Assembly (NCBI GenBank): GCA_050014495.1
Contig: JBEKDF010000004.1
Coordinates: 32,001 to 96,000 of the forward strand
Reading direction: 5' to 3'
Origin: Candidatus Bathyarchaeia archaeon
GTDB lineage: Archaea > Thermoproteota > Bathyarchaeia > TCS64
DNA length: 64,000 bases
Program-made: the position numbers and the translations under genes
The notes under the pieces: model-generated
What the model was told of the DNA's origin: nothing
Database searches by the model: none
The model's input: only the letters and a program-made list of their open reading frames with translations
Shown here: in pieces, positions 20,497-30,841 of the stretch
Numbering within the stretch: position 1 is the stretch's first letter
How the letters are laid out: each line of letters opens with the position of its first letter

Positions 20497-21006
20497 TTGG
20501 ATGCGATACAGGTCATTCTTGGTAGGAGAAGCATTCGAAAGTTCACCGGGGAGACGATCCCTGAAAATGATGTAAAGTTGCTCCTCGAAGCGGCTATGGC
20601 GGCCCCCTCAGCCTGCAACCAGCAGCCCTGGCACTACATAGTGGTGAAGGATAAGGCCACATTCGATAAGATAACCGAGGCACAGCCCTACACGAGGATG
20701 TTGCCTAAGGCCTCCATTGCGGTAATCGTGTGTGCGGACCCGAATCTTCAGACCTGTCCAGGTTTCTGGGTTCAGGACTGCTCAGCCTCAACCGAGAACC
20801 TGCTATTGGCTGCGCATGCTATGGGTTATGGTGCTACTTGGTGTGGTATCTACCCCAATGATGATACGGTGTGGAAGATCAGGGAGTTGCTGGGGATCCC
20901 TAAGACGGTTTACCCATTGTGTGTTGTAGCTGTCGGAGTCCCCGACGAGGAGAAGCCGCCAGCTGATAGGTATAATCAAGCTCGTGTGCACACTGAGAAG
21001 TGGTGA
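20497..21006 (+). CDS. Nitroreductase family protein
   Basis: RRSIRKF, AAPSACNQQPW, ENLLLAAHAMGYGATW; probable TTG start at 20497. Confidence 0.9.
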   Translation: MDAIQVILGRRSIRKFTGETIPENDVKLLLEAAMAAPSACNQQPWHYIVVKDKATFDKITEAQPYTRMLPKASIAVIVCADPNLQTCPGFWVQDCSASTENLLLAAHAMGYGATWCGIYPNDDTVWKIRELLGIPKTVYPLCVVAVGVPDEEKPPADRYNQARVHTEKW

Positions 21007-21027
21007 TCCCGCACACGCGAGCTGCAT

Positions 21028-21222
21028 CTAGATTTTGGCCACGTTTATTGTCTCAGAGGCGAATAAATCCTCCACCTTGAACAGGGATTCAACTAGCCCT
21101 TGCTCCGATGAGTAATTGATGAAGGCTTTGAGGATCTTGCGGTTCGCGTCCAGTTCGTAGGGCCAATAGTTCTGATCCATGATTCATATGGTCTCCTCGA
21201 GTTCAGGGATCATCCAAGGCAT
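21028..21222 (-). pseudogene. C-terminal remnant of a 4,5-dihydroxyphthalate decarboxylase / PhnD-SsuA-like protein
   Basis: Manual translation PWMIPELEETI*IMDQNYWPYELDANRKILKAFINYSSEQGLVESLFKVEDLFASET; internal stop; begins at GCGCGC 21223-21228. Confidence 0.7.
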
Positions 21223-21266
21223 GCGCGCTCGACACACCTTTAAGTCGGAAAATTAAAGATATCACT

Positions 21267-22127
21267 ATGGATTCTAAGTATCTAATTATTGGTCTTGTCG
21301 GATTCCTGATTGGAGGAGGTTCTATTTACTATTATATAACTAGACAAAATGGTAATTTACCGACCAATATTAATCCCACCATAACTCTGACTCACATAAA
21401 TGAAACAGAGATCAAGGTCGGGAGTGCACAAAAAATATTGGCCATAGGCGCTGATCTCTCAACTGGAGACGCGGGTCATACACAGTTCTTCTCAAGCCTA
21501 AGATCAAAGGGATATACGGTAGACTCATTATCGAATGATAGTGTCATAGATATTCCAACACTATCAAATTATGGTGTATTAATCATAGCCGGGAATAGAA
21601 ACTATGGAATAAGTGATGGACCTCTAATAGCAGATTGGGTGAAAAAAGGTGGAAATATACTATTAATAGCCAATAATTTAGATGAAACGCGTGCCTCGTG
21701 GTGTAACCCTATGCTCGATGACTTCGGAATAGTTGTCAACAACGATAACGTTCAAGCACCATTTTCCACCGCGGTTGGTTACATCGTTAAATATATTTAC
21801 AAGCATGCTATCACAAACGGAATCACGAATATTGTTGTTCCTGTAGTTCAGGGAACACATAACACTGGATCTTGGACGGGTCCCGTTGATCTAACTATTG
21901 ATTCATCAAAGGCTACAATGGTTGCACAAATTGGGGAATCCGGTTACAGCAGCGCACATGCTATAAAACCACCCGTATTAGCTGTGTATGAGGGCACAGG
22001 GAAAGTTGTAGTAATAAGTGGAGCCGGTGATTACACTCCGTTCTCAAATGCCTACTTATCTTATGCGCAGATTGATAATTTGCAGCTTGGAATTAATATT
22101 ATTGGGTGGTTCCAAAGCCCCGGTTAG
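21267..22127 (+). CDS. Membrane-anchored extracellular protein, possibly class I GATase-like fold
   Basis: N-terminal TM; LSNYGVLIIAG, WVKKGGNILLI, GKVVVISG, DNLQLGINIIGW; AT-rich. Confidence 0.6.
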   Translation: MDSKYLIIGLVGFLIGGGSIYYYITRQNGNLPTNINPTITLTHINETEIKVGSAQKILAIGADLSTGDAGHTQFFSSLRSKGYTVDSLSNDSVIDIPTLSNYGVLIIAGNRNYGISDGPLIADWVKKGGNILLIANNLDETRASWCNPMLDDFGIVVNNDNVQAPFSTAVGYIVKYIYKHAITNGITNIVVPVVQGTHNTGSWTGPVDLTIDSSKATMVAQIGESGYSSAHAIKPPVLAVYEGTGKVVVISGAGDYTPFSNAYLSYAQIDNLQLGINIIGWFQSPG

Positions 22128-22665
22128 CCACATCAAGTTCACTAGACTATTGAAGTGCGCGATTTCTATGAACTTTTGTTCTAATTCATCGTCAGCAAGG
22201 CTCTTAAGCCCAGGCTAGCTTTGAGCAGTATTCGAGGGTGGAAATAGATAGGAGTTGCAACCTCCGCCCTTCTTTAAATCGATGGGGCTGAAGAGGCCCC
22301 CCAAAACTCGTTTAATATGGATCCTCTTTAGGGCTCCTTACCATAAGGAGTGTGTGCGTGAGGATCGGTACAAGTCTTAAGTACGCTATGAATCGATCGA
22401 ATTCTAAACCAGGTGTTCACGAATTGCATAGAATAACCGCGCTAATACTGGGAATCCTATGATTATCAGCGATCGCCAACTCATTAACCATTCCTAGAGC
22501 GTCAAGCGCCAGATCGCGCGCGGATTTTGTCAATTACATGAAGAGGACGAGACTCTTGATTTCAAGCGCCCCCGATTGAATTAATCTCAATCAGAGACAC
22601 TTGTTGGAAAAAAACCATTTAACATTAATGATTGATCCCTTTAACTAGTCACTAGGTGAGTCAAA

Positions 22666-23631
22666 TTGAAGGCGACGGCCATCGCTCACCCCATTCAGGG
22701 GTTAATAAAATACCATGGGCTGAAAGACGTGGCTCTAAGAATTCCCTTCCACGATAGTATCTCCGTATGTTCAGATGCACTGGAAACCGTCACCACGGTT
22801 CAATTCGATGAGACTCTAATGGAGGATTCAGTTGTGATCAATGATAATAGGGTCTCAGGTTCGGATCTTGATCGAATCATAGCGATTATTACCAGGCTTG
22901 CTATGATGGCGAAGAACAGCGATCACTTTAAGATAGTATCTAAAAACAATCTTTCAAACGGTAAGGGCCTCGGTTTCTCGGCATCGGGATTCGCAGCGCT
23001 GGGGTTTGCCTCACGTGAAGCTCTTGAGCTCGACATCGATGACATATCGCTCTCAGAGATAGTTAGGTTAGGGGCAGGTTCAGCTACTAGGAGTTTGGCT
23101 GGCGGTTTTTCGATTTGGTATGCGGATAAAGGAGGCAGGTCGTATGCTGAGCAGTTGGCGGGCCCCGATGCGATGGATTTCATGCAGGTCGTGATACCGA
23201 TAGCCTCCGATGTGAAAACGGATGAGGCTCACATTGAGGTTCTCAGTTCACCCCTCTTCAAAGCTAGGTTAGATCACATCGAGGATATACTGAGTTCGAT
23301 GAGGGCCGCAATTGCTAGTAAAGACGTTAAGATGATAGGCAGACTTGCTGAGGAGGACACGCTGAATCTTCACGCCATAACGATGACTGGCAAGTCTCAC
23401 ATAGTGTTATGGGAGCCAGATACAGTCCGGATTCTCAAGGAGGTGATTAGGATGCGGGCTGATGGTGTTTCTGCCTGGTACTCAATGGATACTGGTCCAT
23501 CCGTCTTCGTGAACACCGACTCTGAGTACGTTAAGGAGGTCGCAAGGAGGATAGGTTCCCTGGATTTGTCCAATGTAATCATAAGTAGGGTTGGTGGCCC
23601 TCCAACTATATGTTATGAACACCTATTTTGA
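22666..23631 (+). CDS. mvaD: Mevalonate-5-phosphate/diphosphomevalonate decarboxylase (haloarchaea-type, GHMP family)
   Basis: MKATAIAHPIQGLIKYHG, PFHDSISV, GLGFSASGFAAL, RLGAGSA.RS, SMDTGPSV. Confidence 0.85.
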   Translation: MKATAIAHPIQGLIKYHGLKDVALRIPFHDSISVCSDALETVTTVQFDETLMEDSVVINDNRVSGSDLDRIIAIITRLAMMAKNSDHFKIVSKNNLSNGKGLGFSASGFAALGFASREALELDIDDISLSEIVRLGAGSATRSLAGGFSIWYADKGGRSYAEQLAGPDAMDFMQVVIPIASDVKTDEAHIEVLSSPLFKARLDHIEDILSSMRAAIASKDVKMIGRLAEEDTLNLHAITMTGKSHIVLWEPDTVRILKEVIRMRADGVSAWYSMDTGPSVFVNTDSEYVKEVARRIGSLDLSNVIISRVGGPPTICYEHLF

Positions 23632-23679
23632 ATCTAGTAAAAGAAGGCGCAGAGGATACGTGCGGGCGAAAAAAGGAGA

Positions 23680-24852
23680 CTAAGATGCTGTGACCTTGAA
23701 GGTCTTGAAACCCTCACTCATTAAATGAATCGTGTAGCTGTTTCCCTTGACCGGTGTCACAGCTACCTTGGGAGATTTATCTCGGCCATCAACATGTAGA
23801 CTTATAACCCCGTTGAAGGTTAGCGTCGCCGAATTACCCGGCTTTAGGACCAATCTTGATGTGCCCCAGTCACCCATCGGATTCATGTCACCGAATATAG
23901 GAGTCAGGGTGTCACCACTGATTTTGAAGGGTATGGAGTCGGGTCTGTCCATCCCCATGAAGCCCCATGGCATACCACCCATGCCTGGCTTACCCGACTT
24001 GTCCTTTCCATTCTGCTGTCCATAACCTGCGATGGTAGAGGTGACGTTGAAGTCGCCACTGAGAGTGATGCTGGAGATCGTTGCGTTGGCTTTGCCAATG
24101 TTCTTGATGGTCACACTGAGAGTTGTGACGTTGCCCTTGACTGAGAGACTCGACGAAGTCACCGTAATGTTGTTCGAGGCTCTGCGGTACTCCTGACTCA
24201 GCTTGTTGTTATCATCATCGCCTATCCTCCATTTTGCGCCGACTTGTGTCTGAGTATCGAGAACGTTAGATTTGACTATCGCTGTTGCGCTCGGAGATAA
24301 AACGAAGTAGCTCACCAAGCTTCCAGTCGAGTTCATCGCGTTGATCTGGACGAGTGTTGGCCTTAGATCGATCAGGGCACCAGTCTTCGTTCCATTCAAC
24401 TTCGTTTCTCTTAGTGAGACCAGTAGATTATCGGAGAGCATCGTCACTGGGTATACTTTATCGCTTACCTTCGCCTCAGCTGCGGAGATCTCGAACTGAA
24501 GTTTATCCACTGTTGAGCCTGTGGGAAGACTTAGAGTAGCAATTGTTTGGGTCATGTTTACAAGTGAGAGTAGATTTACCCTACCCGACTCTTGGGCTGC
24601 AACCCAATTTGATGAGCCGTCGCTGGCTACAACGTGGAGCTGGATGCTTGAATAGGTCACGTTAAGTTGAGTAGTTCCCCTTGGAACGTTTGGTGGGTCA
24701 GTTAGCATGACGAGGAAACTCGTCTGACCTGTTTGTGTTGTCATACTCGTTGGATTCAACGCCGTGTTGGCGTAGAGGGATGTCCCGATGATGGCCAGAG
24801 CCACAATAACCGCGGCTGCACCATACTTCAAGGAAAGTCTCTTCGTTGCCAT
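23680..24852 (-). CDS. DUF4382-domain secreted/membrane-anchored protein
   Basis: N-terminal TM; VMLTDPP, LNVTYSSIQLH, VNLLSL. Confidence 0.65.
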   Translation of the reverse strand: MATKRLSLKYGAAAVIVALAIIGTSLYANTALNPTSMTTQTGQTSFLVMLTDPPNVPRGTTQLNVTYSSIQLHVVASDGSSNWVAAQESGRVNLLSLVNMTQTIATLSLPTGSTVDKLQFEISAAEAKVSDKVYPVTMLSDNLLVSLRETKLNGTKTGALIDLRPTLVQINAMNSTGSLVSYFVLSPSATAIVKSNVLDTQTQVGAKWRIGDDDNNKLSQEYRRASNNITVTSSSLSVKGNVTTLSVTIKNIGKANATISSITLSGDFNVTSTIAGYGQQNGKDKSGKPGMGGMPWGFMGMDRPDSIPFKISGDTLTPIFGDMNPMGDWGTSRLVLKPGNSATLTFNGVISLHVDGRDKSPKVAVTPVKGNSYTIHLMSEGFKTFKVTAS

Positions 24853-24959
24853 CTACATTTACCTAAACAATAGGCGTCTCGACTTTGTATATGATGCTAC
24901 ACATTTTAATGACTTTTCAGGGTATTTGAAGACCCGTTCAAGATCCTTGAATGGCGTTG

Positions 24960-25406
24960 TTAATCATTTGTTTGCCTGTTAGCGGAGTCAACAACTAGCC
25001 TACGCCACAACCTGAGAGACTCATACCAGAGGAGAACGACCATCGCTAGGGAAGCTGTGATGAGATAAATCGTGAATCCAGTGGATAGGAGGGATTCAAG
25101 TGAAAAGAATACGATCAGGATCGTGAACAGAACGGCGAAGAAGAGGAACTGTGGAACCAGGGCAGTTCCCACCTTAACATATCCCTCCAAGATCTCGGTG
25201 GATGACTCCTCCGAGGCAACGTACCTGCCCTCCTCATCTTGTCTCACGTATCCGGCTTCGACGAGTCTACTAAGGTGGTACGATGCCAATGAAGGAGTTG
25301 ATAGTCCTACGCCCCTCTGAACATCCCTGAGACCACTTGGACCATGTGTGACAAGGTAAAGGTACGTCCTTAGGGCGTTTCCTGTGATCTCTTTAGTTTT
25401 TTTCAA
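24960..25406 (-). CDS. wHTH transcriptional regulator with two C-terminal TM helices
   Basis: GLRDVQRGVGLSTPSLASYHLSRLVEAGYV followed by hydrophobic segments. Confidence 0.8.
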   Translation of the reverse strand: MKKTKEITGNALRTYLYLVTHGPSGLRDVQRGVGLSTPSLASYHLSRLVEAGYVRQDEEGRYVASEESSTEILEGYVKVGTALVPQFLFFAVLFTILIVFFSLESLLSTGFTIYLITASLAMVVLLWYESLRLWRRLVVDSANRQTND

Positions 25407-25756
25407 GGCTGTTCACCTGGCGTACGTGATACCGTTTATTACTTGAGTCGAGATCGATAGGGTGTCTCTTTCCAGTCCAATACGCCTACCATACCGTTCA
25501 CGTTTGCGTAGCGTTGATGCCTGACCTCCGAGAGTAACGCTTTGGTGAACAAGTTTTGGAGATGCTCCTATTGTTATAATATAAATCCCACAATGGAACA
25601 AGGTACCTTATAGCGTCTTCTGAATCAGAATATGTATCTAAAATCAATCAAATATCCACTTCTTAACTATAGTGTGTTCACGCTTTGGTAGTCTGAATCT
25701 TGGGTTTTCCTGTGGACAATATTTAGTGTTTATTTGTGGCTCTGTCGAGTGGCTAC

Positions 25757-26659
25757 TTAAATAACAACTTGCTCCCCAGGTACTCTTCTGAAAATTTGTA
25801 CATCACCGACATGGCTAGCCTTTGTCAGGAACCTTACGAGTCTCTCGATCCCGAAGCCTGCTCCAGCTGAGGGTATAAATCCCTTCTTTGCCTCAGCGAC
25901 GTAGGCGTCGTATATTCTCATGTTAAGTCTGTCTTTTCCCATCCTCTCAATGATGCGCTTGTAATCGTATTCTCGTTCCGCGCCGGATAGGGCTTCACCA
26001 AATCCCTGTGGGTATACGAGATCGTAGTTCAGGTAATGACCGGGATTTGATTCATCCTCCTTATCGTAGAATTCTCTCTTGTGGCATAGAGCCCAGAATG
26101 GTTGTTCATTTGCAATCGATGCCTCTTTCTCCCAGTCTTTACCGTATTTGCTCTCTAATTCATGGGTTGTGTAAACCTTGAATGGTGTTTTGAACTCGAA
26201 GGGACGGACACCGATGCTCTCAAAGAGATCAAGGTAATTCTTCAGCTTCTCACCTAGAAATTCGAAGTATTTACCCATCAAAGACATCACATCCTCCTTT
26301 TTACCATTCGCGATCTCAAAGTCTAGCTGGGTAAACTCAAACAGATGCTTTCCCGATACTATTCTCTCGGCCTTCTCTAGTCTAATGTTGGGAGAGAAGA
26401 TGAAGATCTTACCGAGGTTCTTGACGGCAACCTGCTTGTGTAGAATCATCGAATTCATAGTGTAGAGAAGCATTCCATTGTACTCAATCTCAGGAGTCTT
26501 GATTATTGACGATCCTGGATCAGGGCCAAGGGGATCGGTGCTTCTACCCAGTATGACGGGTAGCAATTGAACAAAGCCTTGTTCGTGGAAGAAGTCCGAA
26601 GTAAGCTTTAGTACCGCACTTCCGATCTCGATTCTCGTTGTTAATTCTGGTACTTGCAT
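25757..26659 (-). CDS. asnA: Archaeal asparagine synthetase A (AsnRS-like catalytic core)
   Basis: TDPLGPDP, SMILHKQ, SPNIRLE, HLFEFTQLDFE, LSGAERE, SAGAGFGIERL; no anticodon domain. Confidence 0.9.
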   Translation of the reverse strand: MQVPELTTRIEIGSAVLKLTSDFFHEQGFVQLLPVILGRSTDPLGPDPGSSIIKTPEIEYNGMLLYTMNSMILHKQVAVKNLGKIFIFSPNIRLEKAERIVSGKHLFEFTQLDFEIANGKKEDVMSLMGKYFEFLGEKLKNYLDLFESIGVRPFEFKTPFKVYTTHELESKYGKDWEKEASIANEQPFWALCHKREFYDKEDESNPGHYLNYDLVYPQGFGEALSGAEREYDYKRIIERMGKDRLNMRIYDAYVAEAKKGFIPSAGAGFGIERLVRFLTKASHVGDVQIFRRVPGEQVVI

Positions 26660-26969
26660 CTAGATCTCAGAAAAACGTATCATCGCTGCATATTAAGATT
26701 TATACAATAATATTGGAGTAATTTCATTATAATAGTTTTTTTCATCATTGGAATTGTAATAAATACAAAAAATGATGCGAAGTTAAGAAACATGTATGGA
26801 GGCAAATTAGGATTTTTAATTGCGTTGAACATGTGCACACGAACTGTTATGAAGTTATTATTAGACCTTGTCGCTCACTATTCACAGCGATTATTTTACA
26901 TGCTTTATTCTATTTTTAAGGGGCGTTCGTGCTTGCGACACATGAATTTAGACTAGGTGATGATTGATA

Positions 26970-28073
26970 CTAGACATTGTTGATGATGTGCGAGAAAGCT
27001 GCTAGAATAATTGAGGTCATTATTAAGAATAATCCGGAGATGACCCCTATTATCAAAACGAATGCAGCTGGGAGGCTTAGTGTTTGGAGATTCAGGTATG
27101 TGGTGAGTAGGTAAGCTCCGGCGGAGATTCCGATAGCCAATGCGAATAGACCGGGGAGCCCGAAGAAGAGGTAAGATTTATTCGACATGGTTATTATGAA
27201 GCTTTGAGATGTTCCCTGGTCCTTCGGCTTTTCCTGGGTTTTTGATTGTTGAGTGACTCCTGTTTGGGATATGGGTGCCTCTTCCGTTTGTGTCTCGTAA
27301 TCGTTTGTATTGAATGGTTCTCTCTGTATCTCGATCGGGACCTCCCTTAGGATGAGTCCGTTACCGGAGGCTATTCCAAGGATCCTAGAGTGGCTCTCTA
27401 GGACTTCTGTGGGGGCTGAGAGGAAGGCTCTTAGGGATTTCTGGGAAAACGCCATGAAGATGCTCGGTAGATCATCTTCGTCGACTGTCTCGGATCGATT
27501 TGTTCCATTTGGTTGTTGGGTTCCAAAGACCACGTCTGCCTCTCTCGATTTGATTAGGGAGAGGATCTTCGGTATCTCTGAGGGTTGAAGGTTGGGGTCT
27601 ACATCCATTATCAGGATCATTGCTGGGTCCAGTTCGAGTGAGCGTTCAAGGAGGGTTCGGAGTGTCGCGAGGCGTCCGAGGCTGGTCTCGTGTCGGATCA
27701 CTGTGGCGCCTAGGCCTGCGGCTACTTGCCCCATGAGATCTTCGGAGCCGTCATCGCATACTAGAATTCGGTCAAAGTATTGCTTAGATTTGATGATAAG
27801 TGGTCCTATCTCCTTCTCTTCGTTGTAGGCTGGGATGCAGAGAAGGGTTGTGATTGGTTTAATCGGGGGTTGTGGGGAGTGTATCAGTTGAGGCATGTAT
27901 GTGGCCTCGTTTCTCGCTTCAACCATCTCAACACGTTGTGATGGGTTCGGAGGAGCCTCCGCTGAGGTTTTTGATTTTTTAGTTACTCGTTTTCTGTCTG
28001 GCTTTGAGATTGACTGCATCTTCTTTTTTACTACCTTCGTTTTAACGAAGTTTAATCCGCTATCTGTGTCCAT
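26970..28073 (-). CDS. Glycosyltransferase family 2 (DPM1-like, divergent) with C-terminal TMs
   Basis: IPAYNEE, VCDDGSED; degenerate DVD; two C-terminal TM helices. Confidence 0.75.
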   Translation of the reverse strand: MDTDSGLNFVKTKVVKKKMQSISKPDRKRVTKKSKTSAEAPPNPSQRVEMVEARNEATYMPQLIHSPQPPIKPITTLLCIPAYNEEKEIGPLIIKSKQYFDRILVCDDGSEDLMGQVAAGLGATVIRHETSLGRLATLRTLLERSLELDPAMILIMDVDPNLQPSEIPKILSLIKSREADVVFGTQQPNGTNRSETVDEDDLPSIFMAFSQKSLRAFLSAPTEVLESHSRILGIASGNGLILREVPIEIQREPFNTNDYETQTEEAPISQTGVTQQSKTQEKPKDQGTSQSFIITMSNKSYLFFGLPGLFALAIGISAGAYLLTTYLNLQTLSLPAAFVLIIGVISGLFLIMTSIILAAFSHIINNV

Positions 28074-28194
28074 GTATTAAACCCCTTAGAATTTCTTTAC
28101 TGTTGGACCTGATTTTCCCCTAGTTCCATTTACTTGATTAGAATAAAATGCATTATGGATATGTAATAGCTAATACGGATTTCAAAATAATGAA

Positions 28195-28509
28195 TTGTAT
28201 ATCATGCGCGCGCGCACGTTGATTATAATTACGTCACACAATCTTACTAGAGAAGTTGACCTTATAAGTGCCACCGCAACTACCAAGAAAACCGACTATA
28301 TCGCTGTGCTAGTCGCTTACATGAGCTTCGTCGTGCTGGGGATACCAAGCGCGATGCGCGCGCGCATCGGTATAGGTGTCTTTCCCGGCATCGCAGGGGT
28401 TCTTGCCGACCGCAGTAGCTTGGAGGCAATACTCTTCGTATTATTTGCGCTGTCAATCATGATGATGATCTTATACGAGTTGACTATTCGAGCGCATTTG
28501 GGGGTGTAG
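28195..28509 (+). pseudogene. Internally deleted MFS transporter remnant (first TM fused to last TMs at a (GC)5 tract)
   Basis: N-terminal AVLVAYMSFVVLGIP joined via AMRAR to IGIGVFPGIAGVLADRSSLEAI..LYE, resembling the two ends of an MFS permease. Confidence 0.6.
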
Positions 28510-28688
28510 CGGTCATTGAAGGATCGCGTTGATGAGTTTTAGGATGCGTATACGTGCGCGTAAACTATTACCTCACGTTTACAGGACCCTATATGATAAC
28601 TCCGAGTTTTTTATATATACCGAGGTTTTCTCCAGTCTGTGATACGCGCGCGCATTTTATCTATTTGTAGGTGAGGCGCGCGCTCTGC

Positions 28689-29811
28689 TTATGTAGCATA
28701 TGATAAGTTGAAGGCATTTGTGAGGCTTACTTTCGGTGTGATGCCATCACTTTTTACGAGGTCCCATGTCCACGACATTGTCCCCTTCCAGCCCCAGAAG
28801 TAGGCGGCGTTTACGCCCATGCTGTTGAGTTTAGCAATGTGGCCACTCATGTAGTTGGCGGTTACTACGGGTGTGGTCGCGTAGCCATTCCACTCAGTCA
28901 CATCGACCTTCTTCCCATTGGCGTGAGCCGTGTTGATGTAACTCTGGAGGTCATTCCACCCTGATCCCCAGACGGTGTAACTTGGGTTCCGGTGGTCTAG
29001 ATACTCATTCACGAAGGCGACATCGAGGGTGTCAATAGTCTGTGATGTTGTGAATTTTTTAAGCCCAGAGAGGTCGAATCTGACTCCTACCAATACATCT
29101 GGCTTAATAGACTTGACGAATGCTCTCGCATCAGTCCATAGCTGGACTGTCTGCGTCTTCTGTGTCGTCGTCATTGTGTATCTTGAGGGCTCATTCAGCA
29201 CGGAAACGGATTCGATGGGAAGGTCGGATATCTTCTGTATTGTATACCTGATCCAGTTGAGATACTGTGTCTTTCCTGATCCGTTGAGGATTAACCTAGT
29301 ATTTCCTCCCAGATTGGTGGGGGTGGCGAATCCGCTAGTGCTTGATGGGAAGAGTGTGTGGAAGTCAAGATGGGCCTTGAGTTCGGCTGTAGCGGCGGCT
29401 TGTAGGACGTGGCGGAGTTTGGTATATTCGCTGGCGATGTAGTTGTCATTTGATGATTCGTAGGTTCCCCAGTAGAGTACCACGCTCACTCGGTCCATTC
29501 CCGCTGACTTGAAGAGCTCGAAGTTGGCCGCGAAGCGGGTTGGTGAGTCTGACTCGTAGTCGGTCCGGTAGTTGACACCGAGGTCAATGCTTGAGTCTGT
29601 CGTTTTAATTGGGGTGATCGAGCTCTGCGTGTACACCGCCTTTAGAGTGTGAGATGAGCCCATTGTTATATAAATTGGGTTCAAGCTCACTGCGTTGTCC
29701 CCATCCTTGATCCAGTGGTCGAAATGGTACCTAGTAGAGAGTGTTGCTGTGACTTTTACGCTAGGTCCGCTTTGGTAAGTTCTTACGCCTGTTCCTGGGC
29801 TGGTTGAGCCA
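28689..29811 (-). pseudogene. 5'-truncated surface glycoside hydrolase (clan GH-A-like TIM barrel) with partial InlB B-repeat
   Basis: LNEP acid/base and VTEW nucleophile motifs; frame extends upstream of 29690 (GSTSPGTGVRTY..FDHW) to the (GC)5 tract with no start codon or signal peptide. Confidence 0.6.
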
Positions 29812-30086
29812 GCGCGCGCGCACGTTTAAAATAATAATAAAATATTAATATTAAAGGGACAAAATATGTTTAAATTTCATTTATTTGATAATTTCCCATT
29901 TTTCACGTTATTTTATTCGCGTGCGTTTGTAATAAGTGAGCGTGAGTGAATAACTGGGTCAGATTTTATAGTTATCCCCACCATCTCACGTTGGTCTTCC
30001 CAAGGCGTTCGGGCAAATGTATCCAGTGAGAATCTTTATCCAGCTGTGCTTGTGTGGTAAGTCGGGTAGTCTTCTATAAGCATTTT

Positions 30087-30830
30087 TTAGAACGTGATAT
30101 GGCAGGGGATATTCAGCTTCCCGAATTTCAATGAGAGCTCCTGTCCCATTTGATGGAAGTATTCATCACTGCGCTTATCCTCCAAGCCATATTTCCGATA
30201 CACCCAGTCAGCGTAGTGGTAATTCATTCGATCAACCAAAACGTAGTCCACCTTCCCGGCTAGGAGTTCCGGGAGAGTCTCTGCCCCCGGGAGGATTGGC
30301 GCGATCATGGCGTAGGTCTTCACTTCGGCTCTATGGAACTCGTCGAGGACCTTTATCCTTTCACCGATTGGGGGCGCGTTGGGCTCGAATAGCTTCCTAG
30401 TCTCATCCTCGGAGGTGGTCACCGTGAATCCGACCTCGAACTCCCTAGCCTCCTTGATGATGTCCATGTCACGTAAGACTAGTGGTGAACGCGTCTGAAT
30501 TACCACCGGCCAATTGTGTTGCTTAAGTATCTCGAGGCATCTCCGCGTTAGTTCGTATTTCTCTTCCAGCGGTTGGTATGGGTCGCAGACGCCGCTCACC
30601 CAGACTCTTCCACGCCTCTTCTTGCTGATCTCCACTCTTAGCAGGTCTGGGGCGTTTATCTTCACGTCGACGAATTCTCCCCAAGGCTCCCTGTGTCCGC
30701 TGAATCTCTTAATGAAGCGGGCGTAGCAGTAGGAGCACCCGTGTTGGCAACCCGTGTAGGGGTTGATGACGTAGGTGTAGACCTTTGAGACGTTGAGGAT
30801 TGATTTTGCCTGGACTTCCTTTACCATCAT
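30087..30830 (-). CDS. Radical SAM protein, spore-photoproduct-lyase-like family
   Basis: INPYTGCQHGCSYCYA, DPYQPLE. Confidence 0.9.
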   Translation of the reverse strand: MMVKEVQAKSILNVSKVYTYVINPYTGCQHGCSYCYARFIKRFSGHREPWGEFVDVKINAPDLLRVEISKKRRGRVWVSGVCDPYQPLEEKYELTRRCLEILKQHNWPVVIQTRSPLVLRDMDIIKEAREFEVGFTVTTSEDETRKLFEPNAPPIGERIKVLDEFHRAEVKTYAMIAPILPGAETLPELLAGKVDYVLVDRMNYHYADWVYRKYGLEDKRSDEYFHQMGQELSLKFGKLNIPCHITF

Positions 30831-30841
30831 GTCTTATCGTC

